From: Mobula hypostoma | Lineage: Eukaryota | Assembly: GCF_963921235.1 (NCBI RefSeq) | Contig: NC_086108.1 | Span: forward strand, 80,044,001 to 80,108,000 | Direction: 5' to 3' | Length of the DNA: 64,000 nt | Shown: piece after piece, positions 62,892-64,000 of the stretch | Position numbering within the stretch: position 1 is the first letter of the stretch | Layout of the letters: every line of letters begins with the position of its first letter | Translations under genes and position numbers: made by a program | Notes under the pieces: model-generated | Database searches by the model: none | What the model was told of the DNA's origin: nothing | What the model saw: only the letters and a program-made list of their open reading frames with translations

Positions 62892-63580
62892 AGGAGGATG
62901 GAGGAGGAGAAGATGGCGGCACGACAGCAGCGCAAGTGGCCACTTCGGTGGTGATGTCTGTTATCTGTCAAGTAGGGGACCGTGCACAATCCTGATTTGA
63001 TGGACACAGACGTGAGAGTGCGGAGGAACATCTGGAAAACTTCTGAAATGTTCGCTTTGCTGCTGCTGCTAATGTGCGGTAACCGGAATCTCCGGAGCAG
63101 AAGGCCCCGAAATCCTCGGCTTTGCGTGTTTCAGCGGCCAGGGCGAGGTCAAAGGCGCTTGGCAGAGGATGGCACTCGGGAGGCTGTATCGGAGAGGCTG
63201 GTTGGAAGCTTGAAGTTTTCGTACGGATGGACTCAGTGTTGGCTGTGGTCGGCTGCTTCCAAGGTATCGGCAAGTTGACGGTGCCTGGAGGTTTATGGCA
63301 GGGAGTTTCTCCCTTTTGCCACCGCTATCGGGGACTCAGGAGTCGATTGACTCGATGACTTTTGAGATTTTATTTACCGTGCCCATGGTTTGTTCTTCAA
63401 CAAATTATGGTACTGCTTTGCACTGCTGTAACTATATGTTATAATTATATGGTTCTGTCAGTCTTTGGTTTGTCCCGTTTTCTGTGATATCACTCCAGAG
63501 AAACATTGTATCATTTCTTAATCCATGTATGCATTTCTAAATGACAATAAAAGAGGACTGAGTGTTCTCATAATCTAAAC
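62892..63580 (+). mobile_element. Non-autonomous non-coding retroelement (LINE-like 5'UTR + LINE 3' tail)
   Basis: Begins GAGGAGGAGAAGATGGCGGC (YY1-like), has a CpG-rich body and ends AATGACAATAAA...TAATCTAAAC. It interrupts CR1 at TAAAC. Confidence 0.65.
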
Positions 63581-64000
63581 CTAAACAAAGGAATAACATT
63601 TTCCATCCTCCAATCATCTGGTATTACTCCTGTGGCCAGTGAGGATGCAAAGATCATTCCCAAACACGCAACAATCTCTTCCCTTGCTTCTCATTGTAAC
63701 ATAGATATTTCGCACCTGGCCAAGGAACTTATATATTTTAATGTTTTTCATTTGTTCCAAAAAAAATCCTCTTTTTTAATGTCGAAATGTTTTAGCATAT
63801 CAGCCTGTCTTATGCTGGTCTCACAGTTGTCACAAGTCCCTCTTCACCGGTGAATAATGAAATAAAATATTCATTAATGATTTCCTCTACCTCCTCTGAT
63901 TTCAGATTTCCTTTTCTATCCCTGATTGGTCCAACCCTCACTCTAGTCATCCTCCCGTTCCTCACATAGGTGTGGTGTTTTCCTTAACCCTATGCGCCTT

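Larger units (their letters stand above)
59955..64000 (-). mobile_element. CR1 LINE carrying three nested insertions
   Basis: Tail at 59955, FLTQRLVGAWN, DFSKAFNKVP (62546..62740); continues to the window end. Confidence 0.88.

Noticed and set aside
1..64000. CRISPR arrays, operons or other prokaryotic systems
   Set aside because: No regular repeat-spacer arrays; the DNA is vertebrate intergenic and intronic sequence.

Overview
This is vertebrate (eukaryotic) genomic DNA, most likely a cartilaginous fish. That assignment is inferred from the repeat content: HE1/V-SINE-like SINEs, CR1, Rex1-Babar and Penelope-like elements. The only host gene I can support is the first coding exon of Patched-2 (PTCH2, minus strand, 950..810), with a CpG-rich promoter carrying a GC box, a CCAAT box, a perfect GLI site (GACCACCCA) and a CTCF-like site about 2.3 kb upstream. 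The remaining ~60 kb is the repeat-dense upstream intergenic region: nested CR1 and Rex1-Babar LINEs, RTE-related and tRNA-derived SINEs, Tc1 and Tigger DNA-transposon derivatives and solo LTRs. The most striking signal is a family of Penelope-like element (GIY-YIG) termini carrying a minimal type-I hammerhead ribozyme (AGUC-CUGACGA-stemII-GAAACGUC-GACU). About a dozen copies occur. They include a very young 647-bp-arm near-perfect palindrome (61086-62395) with a 14-bp TSD and a 149-bp TSD-flanked ribozyme-only insertion (26241-26389). Most ORFs in the supplied track are spurious or TE-derived. Coordinates of old, degenerate repeats are approximate, and family names come from motif recognition, not database searches.
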